A stretch of 64,000 bases of DNA from Mobula hypostoma (Eukaryota): assembly GCF_963921235.1 (NCBI RefSeq), contig NC_086108.1:79858001-79922000 (forward strand), in the 5' to 3' direction. Each line of letters opens with the position of its first letter. Position 1 is the first letter of the stretch. A model generated the notes under the pieces. That model had not been told where the DNA came from, ran no database searches, and worked only from the letters and a program-made list of their open reading frames with translations. Made by a program: the position numbers and the translations under genes. Of the stretch, positions 11,898 through 23,975 are shown piece by piece.

Positions 11898-12668
11898 GGG
11901 AAGAATTTCAAATCCTAGTGGGATGCCTAAATGTTGGAAGCTCATGATCATATTAGGTGATAGGTTCCATCTGGGGAATGATGTGGCACCAAATCATAGG
12001 ATGTTCTTGGAATTCTTTTTGACATTTTGTTGCTTATTAAATTTGACAGACAATTTTTCTATATTTTAAAACAAAGAACGTAGAACCAAACAGCCTCAGG
12101 CACATGATGTTTTGCTGATCTATATAAACTTACTCCATGTTGATTCTCACCCTTTCCTTCTAAACAGCCCAAAACCTTCCATTTTTCCCTACATCCATGT
12201 GCCTATCTAAGAGTCACTTAAATGTCCGTAATGTAGCTGCCTTTACAACCAGCCCCAGCAGTGCATTCGAAGCGCCTAGCATTCTCTGTGTAAAAAAAAC
12301 TACCTTTTATGTCTCCTCTTAATTTTCCTCAACTCACCATAAAAATGTATCCTCTGGTATTGGTGATTGTTCCCCTGGGGAAAAGGCACTGGCTGTCCAC
12401 TCTTTCATAATCTTAAACACCTCTATCAAGTCAACGCTCATACTCCTTTGCTCCAAAGAAAAAAGCTCATGCAGCCTTTTCTCAAAGAACATGGTCTCTA
12501 ATCCAGGCTGCGTCCACTGCTCCCACACCCCTCCAATAATAAGGCAACCAGTGCTGAACACAGTGCTCTAAGTGTGGTCCAACTGGAGTTGTGTAGAGCT
12601 GCAACGTTTATCTCGCAGCTCTTGAACAATGGGCTGAAATCAGCAAACAACACAGTGCTACTCTGTAC

Positions 12669-13012
12669 ATACATCTACTGATGCCTCTGGACACATCTTC
12701 AGTGATGTTCCTGGAATCATCGGCTGTTTTGGGTCCTTCAACATCATACGACCTCCTCCAGGTAACCCAGCCGGGGCTGATCAGACCCCAGCTTGTGTCC
12801 AGATGGCTAGCTACTCATGACTCCATGGCTCCCCTCTTTTGAGCCACAGCCATCTTGAGGCCCTCTCGGCCGCATCGGTGGTACTGCGGATGGCTCTCCT
12901 CTTCCTCTGTCCCTCGATGCCCAAATTGCTGAAGGCTCTAGCTAAGGAATGGGCTGCAAATCCCCTACAACCATCATCCACTGGGAGACACCTCGCTCTC
13001 CATCCAGCCTGC
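12669..13012 (-). mobile_element. RLE-clade non-LTR retrotransposon 3' end (HERO-like)
   Basis: GWRARCLPVDDGCRGFAAHSL...AAERASRWLWLKR resembles the PVEVGCRGF C-terminus of the restriction-like endonuclease domain. Stop at 12811-12813. GTAC is duplicated at 12665-12668 and 13013-13016. Confidence 0.8.
12686..12803 (-). ncRNA. Structured 3' UTR with a rearranged hammerhead-ribozyme-like core (G12 mutated in this copy)
   Basis: Six complementary segment pairs, CTGAAGA at 12702-12696, AAAAC in place of GAAAC at 12730-12726, and a GTA cleavage triplet at 12749-12747. See findings. Confidence 0.6.
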
Positions 13013-13979
13013 GTACTTGGAGGGCTTCCTTTCAAAGCTAAATTGAACTGACTCAACGAAATTGAACATTCCTAGACAGTTTCAATGACTTTGTCGTTCG
13101 ATGTTTTATATTCTGTGTTTCTCACTCATTTTTTGCCATTTGCGCAATTTGTTTTATTTTTGCACATTAGGTGTTTGATATTTTCTTTAAAGGGCCTCCA
13201 TAGTGTTTCTTTGTTTCATGCCTGTCAGTAGGAAGATGAATCTCAGGATTGTATGCTGCATACATACTTTGATAATAAATGTTCTTCGAACCTTTGATTT
13301 TTTTAATGAAGGCCAACATACCATATGCCTTCTTAGCCACCCTATCGACTTGTGAGGTAAATTTGAGTGATCTATGGACAAGAACCTCAAGATCCTTCTT
13401 GTCCTCCACACTGCTAAGAATCCTACCATTAACCTTGAACTTCATCTTCAGGTTCAATCTTCCATAATGTATGACTTCACACTTTTCCTGATTAAACTTT
13501 ATTTGCCACTTTGCTGCCCAGCTCTGCATCCTCTCTATATCCTGTTGTAACCTACAACCTTCTACACTACCCATAACATTCTACTTCCTCATCCAAATCA
13601 TTTATAAAAATTACAAAAGTAGGGAGGTCACAGAATAGATCTCTACAGAACTCCACTAGTCATCAACCTTTGGGCCAAATATTCCATCTGCTACCATCCT
13701 CTGCTTTCTGTGGGCTGATTCATATTTTAAAAGCTAAACATCTATAGTCATCTATAATATTTCTGATGCTTTTATGGTCAGTGAAGTATTTACTTTTTGA
13801 AGAACAGTCACTGTTGTAATGTAGGAAGCATGGTTGCCAAGTTGTGCATTGCAAGTTTCCACAAAGAGCAGTATGATAACAACCAGATCATCTGTCTTAG
13901 TAACGTTGAGAGAGGGATAACTATTGGGCAGGACACAAGGATAATTTTTTTTCATCTATTTCAAAATTATCCCATAAGA

Positions 13980-14878
13980 TGCTAAGGATGCTAAGAGGAT
14001 GCAGGGTGACTTGGATAGGTTGGGTGAGTGGGCAAACTCATGGCAGATGCAATTTAATGTGGATAAATGTGAAGTTATCCACTTTGATGGCAAAAATAGG
14101 AAAACAGCTTATTATCTGAATGGTGGCCGATTAGGAAAAGGGGAGGTGCAATGAGACCTGGGTGTCATTATACACCAGTCATTGAAAGTGGGCATGCAGG
14201 TACAGCAGGCGGTGAAAAAGGCAAATGGTATGCTGGCATTTATAGCAAGAGGATTCGAGTACAGGAGCAGGGAGGTACTACTGCAGTTGTACAAGGCCTT
14301 GGTGAGACCACACCTGGAGTATTGTGTGCAGTTTTGGTCCCCTAATCTGAGGAAAGACATCTTTGCCATACAGGGAGTACAAAGAAGGTTCACCAGATTG
14401 ATTCCTGGGATGGCAGGACTTTCATATGAAGAAAGACTGGATGAACTGGGCTTGTACTGGTTGGAATTTAGAAGATTGAGGGGGGATCTGATTGAAACGT
14501 ATAAGATCCTAAAGGGATTGGACAGGCTGGATGCAGGAAGATTGTTCCCGATGTTGGGGAAGTCCAGAACGAGGGGTCACAGTTTGAGGATAGAGGGGAA
14601 GCCTTTTAGGACCGAGATTAGGAAAAACTTCTTCACACAGAGAGTTGTGAATCTGTGGAATTCTCTGCCACAGGAAACTGTTGAGGCCAGTTCATTAGCT
14701 ATGTTTAAAAGGAAGTTAGATATGGCCCTTGTGGCTACAGGGGTCAGGGGGTATGGAGGGAAGGCTGGGGCGGGGTTCTGAGTTGGATGATCAGCCATGA
14801 TCATAATAAATGTCGGTGCAGGCTCGAAGGGCCGAATGGCCTACTCCTGCACCTATTTTCTATGTTTCTATGTTTCTA
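13980..14878 (+). mobile_element. Young CR1 (HER1-like) 3' fragment
   Basis: ORF 14182-14781 is an intact ORF2 C-terminus, followed by GGCCGAATGGCC and a (TTTCTATG)n tail. GATGCTAAG is duplicated at the 5' junction. Confidence 0.93.
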
Positions 14879-14879
14879 A

Positions 14880-17800
14880 GATAAGACCATCAGACCATAA
14901 GACTTAGGAGCAGAATTAGGCCATCTGACCCATCGAGTCTGCTCCACCATTCAATCATGGCTGATCCTATTTTTTTCTCTTCCGCCACCCCAGTTTCTAG
15001 CCTTCTCCCTGTAACCTTTAATGCAATAAATTCCATAAAATCACCACCTTTTGGTTAAAGAAATTTTTCCGCATCTCTGTCTTGGAAAGGCACCCCTCTA
15101 TGCTGAGGCTGTGCCCTCTTGTCCTAGACTCTCCCACCATGGGGAACATCCTTTCCTCATCTACTCTGTCTAGGCCTTTCAACATTCAAAATGTTTCAAT
15201 AAGGTGCCCCCTTCCCCTTTCTGAATTCCAGCGAGTACAGACCCAGAGCCATCAAATGTTCCTCATGTGATAACCCTTTCATTCCTGGAATCATCCTTGT
15301 GAACCTCTTCTGGACTGTCTCTAATGCCAGTACATCTTTTCTTTTTTTTTCTTTTCAAATCTTTTTATTGTTGTATTGTACAGGAAAAATAACACGAGTA
15401 CATTGAAGTAACAACACTTACAATGTCTCAAAATAGACATTATCTTAAAGATTGAAAAAAAAATTTGTGATAACAAAAAAAACCTACTAAGCAGAAAGGT
15501 GAGAAAAAAAAAGAACCCATTAGGTGTACAACTGCGGAGTCATGCTCCATACAAAAAGCTCCTAAAAATAAACATCAAACTGCCAGCAAGAAAAGAAAAT
15601 ATACTAAAAAATTTACAGTTAGATCATGGAAAAATTATATCAATTAACTCAAATGATAATAGTGAGCAAATGAGCCCCATCTTTTCTCAAAATCAAATAA
15701 AGGTTCAAAGGTTCGACTTCTAATTTTCTCCAAACTAAGACATAGGATCACTTGAGAGAACCATTGTGACAAAGTGGAAGCTGATGTGTCCTTCCACTTC
15801 AACAAAATGGCCCTCCTAGCTATCAATGTAACAAATGCAATAACATGTTGGTCAGACACAGAGATACCATGAATATTTTGAGGAATTATTCCAAAAAGCA
15901 CAGTGAATTGTTTCTTTTAAATGATTCTGTCTCTATATATGATAATACTGCTTTTAAAGTTACAGACTCTTTTAGATATCTAGGTATTATAATTACTAAA
16001 AAATATAAGGATCTTTATAAAGCCAATTTTGTTCCCTTAGTAGACTCTATGAAGTATTTATTTAGTAGATGGAGTCCACTTACATTTTCACTTGTTGGTC
16101 GTATTCATATAGTTAAAATGATGATTTTACCGAAATTTTTATATTTATTTCAGAATATTCCTGTTTTTTTGACTAGGAAGTTTTTTGATCGGATTGATTC
16201 TATTATTTTATCTTTTATTTGGAATAATAAAAGACCAAGAATTAGTAAATGTTACTTACAAAAATTGAAAAAGGGGATGGAGGTCTTGCTTTGCCTAATC
16301 TAAGAATGTATTATTGGGCTGTTAATGTGCGATATATGTCTTTTTGGTTATACTGGGTTGATAAGAGTGATCGGCTAATTTGGATAGACCTGGAACTGAA
16401 AGTTGTAAAACAGTTGTATTTAACCTCGTTATTGGGAGCTCCTTTACCTATGCAATTAGTTAAAGTTGTTAATTTAAACCTATATCCTGTGATTAAGTAT
16501 TCTTTACAAATTTGGCTCCAGTTCTGCAATTTTTTTAATCTTAAAAAATTTAAACCTTGTAGTTTAATTTACCGAAATTACTTTTTTAAGCTTTCTTTGA
16601 GTGATCCAATTTTTTTACTTCAGTACATCTTTTCTAAGATGAGCTGCCCAAAATTGATCACAATACTCAAGGTGAGGCCTCACCAGTGCCTTATAAATCA
16701 TCAGCATCACATCCTTGCTCTTGTATTCTAGACCTCTTGAAGTGAATGCTAACATAGCATTTGTCTTCCTCACCACCAACTCGACCTGCAAGTTAACCTT
16801 TAAGGTGTTCTGCACAAGGATACCCAAGTCCCTTTGCATCCCAGATTTTTGGATTTTCTCCCCACTTAGAAAATGGTCTGCACATTTATTTCTACTACCA
16901 AAGTGCATTACCATGCATTTTCTAACATTGAATTTCATTTGCCACTTTCTTACCCATGCCATGGCTCTGGCACCATGCCAGCATCCAATGATCTTTGAAA
17001 GATCATTTCTAATGCCACCACAATCTCTAATGCTACCTCTTTCAGAACCCTAGGGTACAGTTCATCTGGTCCGGGTGACTTATGTACCTTTAGCTCTTTT
17101 AGCTTTTTGAGCACCTTCTCTCTTGGAATAGTAACTGCACCCACTTCTCTTCCCTCACACACTAGAAACATCAGGCTTACTACTAGTGTCTTCCACAGTG
17201 AAGACTGATGTTAAATACTCATTTAGTTCATCAGCCATCTCCTTGTTCCCCGTTATTATTTCTGCTTCATTTTCTAGTGGTCTTATGTACATTTTCATTT
17301 CTCTTTTATTTTTAACATACTTGAAAAAACTTCTCCTATCCATTTTGATATTATATTCTAGCTTGCTTTCATATTTCATCTTTTCCCTTCGAATGATTTT
17401 TTAGTTGCTTTCTGTAGATTTTTAAAAACTTCCCAATCCTCTATCTTCCCACTAATTTTTGTTCTGTTGTATGCCCTTTCTTTCGTTTTTACAAAAGCTT
17501 TGACCTCCCTTGTCAGCCATGGTTGTACTATTTTACCATTTGAGTATTTCTTCATTTTTGGAATGCATATGTCCTGCACCTTCCTCATTTTCCCCAGAAA
17601 TGCACGCCATTGCTGCTCTGCTGACATCCCTGCCAGCAGCTCCTTCCAATTTACTTTGCCCAACTTCTCTCTCATACAACTGTAGTTTCCCTTACTCCAC
17701 TGAAGTACTGCTACGTCATACTTTATTTTCTCCCTATCAAATTTCAAGTTGAGCTCAATCATATTGGATCATTGGTTCATAAGGGTTCTTTTACCATAAG

Positions 17801-18262
17801 TTCCCTAATCGCCTCCAGTTCATTACTTAACACCCAATCCAGTATAGCTGATCCCCTAGCAGGCTCAATGACAAACTGCTCTAAAAAGCCATCTCTTAGG
17901 CATTCAACTAACTCACTCTCTTGAGATCCATTACCAACCTGATTTTCCCAATCAACCTGCATGTTAAAATCTCCCATGACTCCCATTCCTCTTTTAACTC
18001 GCCTTTTCTATTTCCTGTTGTGGTCCACTTCCCAGCCACTGTTGGTGGCTGTATATAACTGCCATCAATGTCCTTTTACCTTTACAGTTTTTTAACTCAG
18101 CCGACAAAGGTTCAACATCTTCCGATCCTATGTCACATTCTTGTACTAATTTGATACCATTCTTTACCAGTAGAGCCACACCACCCCATCTGCCTACCTT
18201 CCTATCCTTCTGATATAACATGTAACCTTGGACATTCAGCTCCCAACCACAACCATCCTTCA
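14880..18262 (-). mobile_element. CR1 LINE (EN to 3' end, internal RT deletion) split by L1
   Basis: EN (GGVALLVK, MGDFN, ILDWVL), KSPGPDELYPRVLKE and KWQMKFN motifs. The tail is at ~14880-14905. Confidence 0.88.
15343..16620 (-). mobile_element. L1-clade LINE with 5' inversion and 15-bp TSD
   Basis: Minus part 15343-15901 has the ORF2 end (ARRAILLKWK..W..LEKI), AATAAA and poly(A). Plus part 15902-16620 has FRYLGI, LPKFLYLFQ, FIW and GGLALPN..YYWA. TSD CAGTACATCTTTTCT at 15328-15342 and 16621-16635. Confidence 0.92.
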
Positions 18263-18489
18263 GACAAATAGAAAGATACATTGTTTAACAGCTACCTGAC
18301 ACTGCTATTTTAACAGCATTATTAGGCTCATGTATCTGACTGGTTGCTTTGAGTCAAAACATTATAGAGTAATACAGCATGAAAAAAGGCCCTTAGCCGA
18401 ACTTATCCATGCTAATAAAGTTGCTCACCTAGGTTAGTTCCATTTGCCAACATTTAACTGAACCTACAGCCCTCAACTCACATGTGAGC

Positions 18490-18625
18490 ATACTAATGAA
18501 GGATCTTGACCCCAAAACGTTGGCTGTTCATTTCCCTCCATAGATGGTGCCTAACCCGCTGGGTTCCTGTCGCATTTTGGGTGTTGCTCCAGATTTCCAG
18601 TACCTGTAGTCTTCCTTGTGTCTTA
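18490..18625 (+). mobile_element. Penelope-like terminal fragment with decayed hammerhead motif
   Basis: ctaatgaaggatcttgaccccaaaacgttggctg followed by the GATG.TGCCT.ACC.GCTG and gatttccag terminus. Confidence 0.6.
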
Positions 18626-20595
18626 CCAAAGGAGCCACAGCTGACATTATACTAATAAATTTCTTGTTAGTAACATCCGATAAATTTTACTTTTTCCACA
18701 ACAGGCAATATCAATGTTGTGTCAATGTAATGCTCCAGCAAAACAGCCTTTGAAAATGCAGGTAAATAAAGAACTTGGTGGCCTTGTGGTTTCACTCAGT
18801 GTTCACCAACCCCGGGAGCCTGGGCTTGAAAGTGGGCCAGACCAGTGAAAGAACGTCTCCCCTTGCTGACAACTGGAAAACTCTTTGTGAAGCAAACTCA
18901 ATTCATCTTAATCCAGTTCCCAATGAATACATTTAAAATGCCCACAAGTTGACACAAAATTTCCCCCTCACTTGGAAAGATGGCTGTTTATAAGGCTGAG
19001 TGTAGGGAGAAGGGTTATGTTGATGTAAGAATGCAGTAGGGAATCTTCTTCTGAAATTAGAGTTAACAGAATGAAAACATAGCATAATCCCTACCTCGGA
19101 AATTCTGTTCAAGATGTTCTGCAAATAAAAAGCATGTTTTGAAAACAGTGGTCACATCATTAAACAATATTGTCAGATTTACCTTTCCTTGGTAAATTAA
19201 GTCATTTTGTGTTATATACTTCTTGTATTCTCTAGTTATTTGGTGTGATCCTTTCACTTAATTTCTACCCTCTATCTTTACACTTCATCTGATTTAGGCA
19301 AATGGTAATTAGAAATATAGAGTAAAAGACGTTCTTTGTGATTAGCCTCTTGTGCCACACTTAATGAAATGCTCCAGATATAATTCAAGAAAAGTTGACA
19401 GTTTTCCTCTCTCCACAGATGCTGCCTAGACTGTTGAGTATTTTCATGTCCTTCAGTTTTGGTTTCCGATTTACAACATCTGTGGTGGTTTGCATTTTTA
19501 ATGGGGATACCATGCTCCATTTAATTGTTGTGATTGCGCTCCATTTTCGTATTTCCCAGATTGAAAAGTTAACTCAAAGTAACTTAGAAACCCTTAAATC
19601 TATCCGGCATTCAGTGATACTGTGGTAGGTGACCCTGACCGAACCTAGAGCTAAGCAGGTATCTGGTTTGGCTTCAGAATTGTTGATGCAGATGCTTTGA
19701 GGTCAATTGCATTTACTGTTTGGCTTTGGATTGTTTTCTTATGGGTGGCCCACAGTTTTGGAGGAGAAAACAATTTAAATAATGTCTCAACACTGCTCAG
19801 ACTTCTATATCCTTTTATGAGTTACACTCAAGGAGACTCATTACTAATCAGTGTCTGTCTGCCTGTTTGTGTATCCATACACATCTGTAATTGTTTCAAA
19901 TATTTTGCACATTGGAAGAAAGGTATATTTAACTCTTTAATTGAGAGTACTTATATTGTATCTCTGTTTCTTTAAGATGTATATTTTAATAAAGTTTAAA
20001 TCATGATTGATTTGTCTACTCTTGTGTTCTTTCATCCTGTTGTCATACTGACAACTACATTTATGTCGCTTATATTTCAGAGCTGCAGACATGTGTTCTA
20101 ACCTGACTTTCTTGTTACTTAATCTGCCTTGTTTATTTTATACAAAATCTCCACAAGGCACAATTGGAATCTTTTTTCTATTTGCCTGTGCCATCAATCA
20201 GCAATCTGTGAAATCATCTCTCAAAGCTTTGACACTTCAACTGGTTTGTTTCACGGACATGCTTACCTATGAATTGCACTGCACCTTTTCTCTTGTATTT
20301 AAACATTGCCTCACGTAGTTCAAATCAGGCCCTTCCCAAAAATAAAATCACACAATTAGTTGAAAACAAGTGAGCACCAGCATTAGTGCGATTTGCATCT
20401 GAAAAGAAGCATTGAATGGAGTCATTCAGCATCCTTTAGTTCCCTGGGCAGTGTTTCATTAAGATTGTCATCCCTTAAAGGTTCAATCTCCATGGCACTG
20501 CACCACCAGTAGCTCTAGTAGCATGCAGGGTGTCATTTGCAAGATGGAAGTTAGAGGGAAATTCCCGTGCCTTTTCCACATAGTCACGCTGCTGG

Positions 20596-22536
20596 AACAT
20601 AGAAACATAGAAAACATAAAAAATAGGTGCAGGAGTAGGCCATTCGGCCCTTCGAGCCTGCACCGCCATTCAGTATGATCATGGCTGATCATCCAACTCA
20701 GAACCCTGTACCAGCCTTCCCTCCGTACCCCCTGATCCCTTTAGCCACAAGGGCCATATCTAACTCCCTCTTAAATATAACCAATGAACTGGCCTCAACT
20801 GTTTCCTGTGGCAGAGAATTCCACAGATTCACCACTCTCTGTGTGAAGAAGTTTTTCCTCATCTCGGTCCTAAAAGGCTTCACCTTTATCCTTTAACTGT
20901 GACTCCTCGTTCTGGACTTCCCAACATCAGGAACAATCTTAAGATCCCCCCTCAATCTTCTAAATTCCAGCGAATGCAAGCCTAGTTCATCCAGACTTTC
21001 ATCATATGAAAATCCTGCCATCCCAGGAATCAATCTGGTGAACCTTCTTTGTATTCCCTCTATGGAAAGAATGTCTTTCCTCAGATTGGGGGACCAAAAC
21101 TGCACACAATACTCCAGGTGTGGTCTCACCAAGGCCTTGTATAACTGCAGTAGTACCTCCCTTCTCCTGTACGTGAATCCTCTTGCTATGAATGCCAGCA
21201 TACCATTCGCCTTTTTCACCGCCTGCTGTACCTGCATGCCCACTTTCAATGACTGGTGTACAATGACACCCAGGTCTCGTTGCACCTCACCTTTTCCTAA
21301 TCGGCCACCATTCAGATAATAATCTGTTTTCCTGTTTTTGCCACCAAAGTGGATAACCTCACATTTATCCACATTAAATTGCATCTGCCATGAAATTGCC
21401 CACTCACCTAACCTATCCAAGTCACCCTGCATCCTCCTCACAGCTAACACTGCTGCCCAGCTTCGTGTCATCCGCAAACTTGGAGATGCTGCATTTAATT
21501 CCCTCATCCAAGTCATTAATATATATTGTAAACAACTGGGGTCCCAGCACTGAGCCTTGCGGTACCCCACCCGTCACCGTCTGCCATTCTGAAAAGGTCC
21601 CGTTTATTCCCACTCTTTGCTTCCTGTCTGCCAACCAATTCTCTATCCACATCAATACCATACCCCCAATACCGTGTGCTTTAAGTTTGCACACTAATCT
21701 CCTGTGTGGGACCTTATCAAAAGCCTTTTGAAAATCCAAATATACCACATCCACTGGTTCTCCCCTATCCACTCTACTAGTTACATATTCAAAAAATTCT
21801 ATGAGATTCGTCAGACATGATTTTCCTTTCACAAATCCATGCTGACTTTGTCCAATGATTCCACCGCTTTCCAAATGTGCTGTTATCACATCTTTGATAA
21901 CTGACTCTAGCATTTTCCCCACCACCGATGTTAAGCTAACAGGTTTATAATTCCCCAGTTTCTCTCTCCCTCCTTTTTTAAAAAGCGGGGTTACATTAGC
22001 CACCTTCCAATCCTCAGGAACTAATCCAGAATCTAAAGAGTTTTAAAAAATTATCACTAATGCATCCACTATTTTTTGGGCTACTTTCTTAAGCTCTCTG
22101 GGATGCAGACCATCTGGCCCTGGGGATTTATCTGCCTTTAATCCCTTCAATTTACCTAACACCACTTCCCTACTAACATGTATTTCGCTCAGTTCCTCCA
22201 TCTCACTAGACCCTCGGTCCCCTACTATTTCCGGAAGATTAATTATGTCCCCCTTAGTGAAGACAGAACCAAAGTAGTTATTCAATTGGTCTGCTATGTC
22301 CTTGTTCCCCATAATCAATTCACCTGTTTCTGTCTGTAAGGGACCTACATTTGTCTTAACCAATCTTTTTCTTTTCACATATCTATAAAAGCTTTTACAG
22401 TCAGTTTTTATGTTCCCTGCCAGCTTTCCCTCATAATCTTTTTTCCCTTTCCTAATTAAGCCCTTTGTCCTCCTCTGCTGGACTCTGAATTTCTCCCAGT
22501 CCTCAGGTGTGCCGCTTTTTCTGGCTAATTTGTATG
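20596..22536 (-). mobile_element. Young CR1 (HER1-like), 5'-truncated
   Basis: RT ORF 21422-22003 ([29 protein letters not shown]). (TTTCTATG)n tail at ~20596-20620. Near-identical to 30887-32880. Confidence 0.95.
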
Positions 22537-22539
22537 TCT

Positions 22540-22785
22540 CTTACAACTTACAACTCAAGCATGCTACAACTTACTTTCTCAATATTCATTATTTTTTCTT
22601 CTTTTTTTGCATTTGCATAATTTTTTGCACACGGCTTGTTTGTCTGTCTTTCTGTGCTGTTTTCAAACGATTCCATTTTGTTTCTTGTATTTGCTGTGAA
22701 TGCCCACAGGAAAATGAATTTTAGTGTAGTTTACGGTGACATATGCAGTATGTACTTTAATAATAAATTTACTTTGAACTTTGAT
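22540..22785 (+). mobile_element. Rex-like 3' UTR fragment
   Basis: aaaatgaat...tactttaataataaatttactttgaactttga, the same tail type as at ~7080 and ~60290. Confidence 0.6.
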
Positions 22786-23427
22786 ATTGGGAATATATTA
22801 GACCTGCTAATATGCATCTAAAGCAAAAGTTCCTAGTCCTATTTTGTGATCACTGAAATTTCACCTGGAAATAATCGCAGAAATGATCTTTATCAACAAC
22901 ATTTTAAACACATTTGGACATGTATGTTGATAGGAAATGTTAGAGGGATAAGGGCCAAATGCAGGCAGATGAGACTAGCTTAGGAGAGCATCTAGGTGAG
23001 CATGGAGCAGTTGAGCCAAATAATCTGCTTCTGTGCTGTATGTCTGTCTGTAAAATCTGAATTTAAATTACGCCGTGCTGCAAAAACAGTGGAGTGCAAA
23101 ATCCAATTTCCAGGCAGATGTATTCCTAGGATATCTGTAAGTTTTTAATGGCTGCCATCCACATCTGGGCATTTATACATCTGCAGACATCTTTCCTTGA
23201 GCATTACTTAAATCCTCAGTTTAGTGTTTTACAGGCGGAGTACTTTGATTTTTATTTTGTTAAGGTTTTAGTCATTTCAGATTAAGTTGTAGATATTGGA
23301 AAACTGTTTGCATGATAGCAAGGATGAAAGCTCCCTACATTTACTGTCAGCAAGGCTGTTTAATATTATGTGTTCGGGCTAATGGTTAATTCAGTTCTGA
23401 TGTGACCCATGCCTGCAGCAAAAAAAA

Positions 23428-23975
23428 CCTCTGGTTAGACCACACTTGGAGTATTGTGTTCTGTTCTGGTCACCTCATTAGAAGAAGAAGGTGGAAGGTT
23501 TAGAGAAGGTGCAGCGGAGATTTACCAGGATGCTGTCTGGATTAAAGAACATGCCTTATGAGGAAACGCTGAGTGAACAGGGACTTTTTAGTGTGAAAGA
23601 CGACGAGAGGCAAATTGATAGAGGTGTATAAAATCATGAAAGGCATGGGTAGAGTGGACAGCCAGCATCATTTTCCCAAAGCAGCAATGGCCAATAGCAG
23701 AGGACATTCACTGAAGGTGAGTGGAGGTAAGTGTAGGGGTAGAGGTAGCTTTTCTACACAGAGAGGTAAGTGCTTGGAATGCACTGCTGAGGGTGGTGGT
23801 AGATACTGTTACAACAGGGACATTTAAAAGAATCAGGCACATGATTGAAAAAAATGGAGGGCTATGGACTGTGTAGGAGGGAAGAGTTACATTGATCATG
23901 GAGTAGGTTAAAAGATTAGAACAACGTGATGGTCTGTAGGGCCCATATTGTGCTGTACTGTTTTATGTTCTATGA
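23428..23975 (+). mobile_element. Decayed CR1 3' fragment
   Basis: LVRPHLEYCV..WSP, ORF 23615-23827 (IEVYKIMKG) and a ttttatgttctatg tail. Confidence 0.8.

Larger units (their letters stand above)
12629..13298 (+). mobile_element. Non-autonomous element with Rex-like 3' UTR, split by HERO; same family as 58447-59220
   Basis: Shared blocks with the reverse complement of 58450-58745 (taaattgaact..gaacat.cctagac, gatgtt..atattctgtg). Ends AATAAA plus gaacctttga. Confidence 0.65.
12075..13720 (-). mobile_element. Decayed CR1 3' portion split by insertion 12629-13298
   Basis: ORFs 12334-12561 (LFSLEQRSMSVDLIEVFKIM) and 13167-13574 (WAAKWQIKFNQEKCEVIH, AYGMLAFI). Confidence 0.8.

Noticed and set aside
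11615..11951. His/Thr- and Cys/Val-rich ORFs
   Set aside because: They are translations of the (GT)n microsatellite.
16249..16731. 160-aa ORF as an independent gene
   Set aside because: It is the inverted L1 segment reading through the TSD into antisense CR1.
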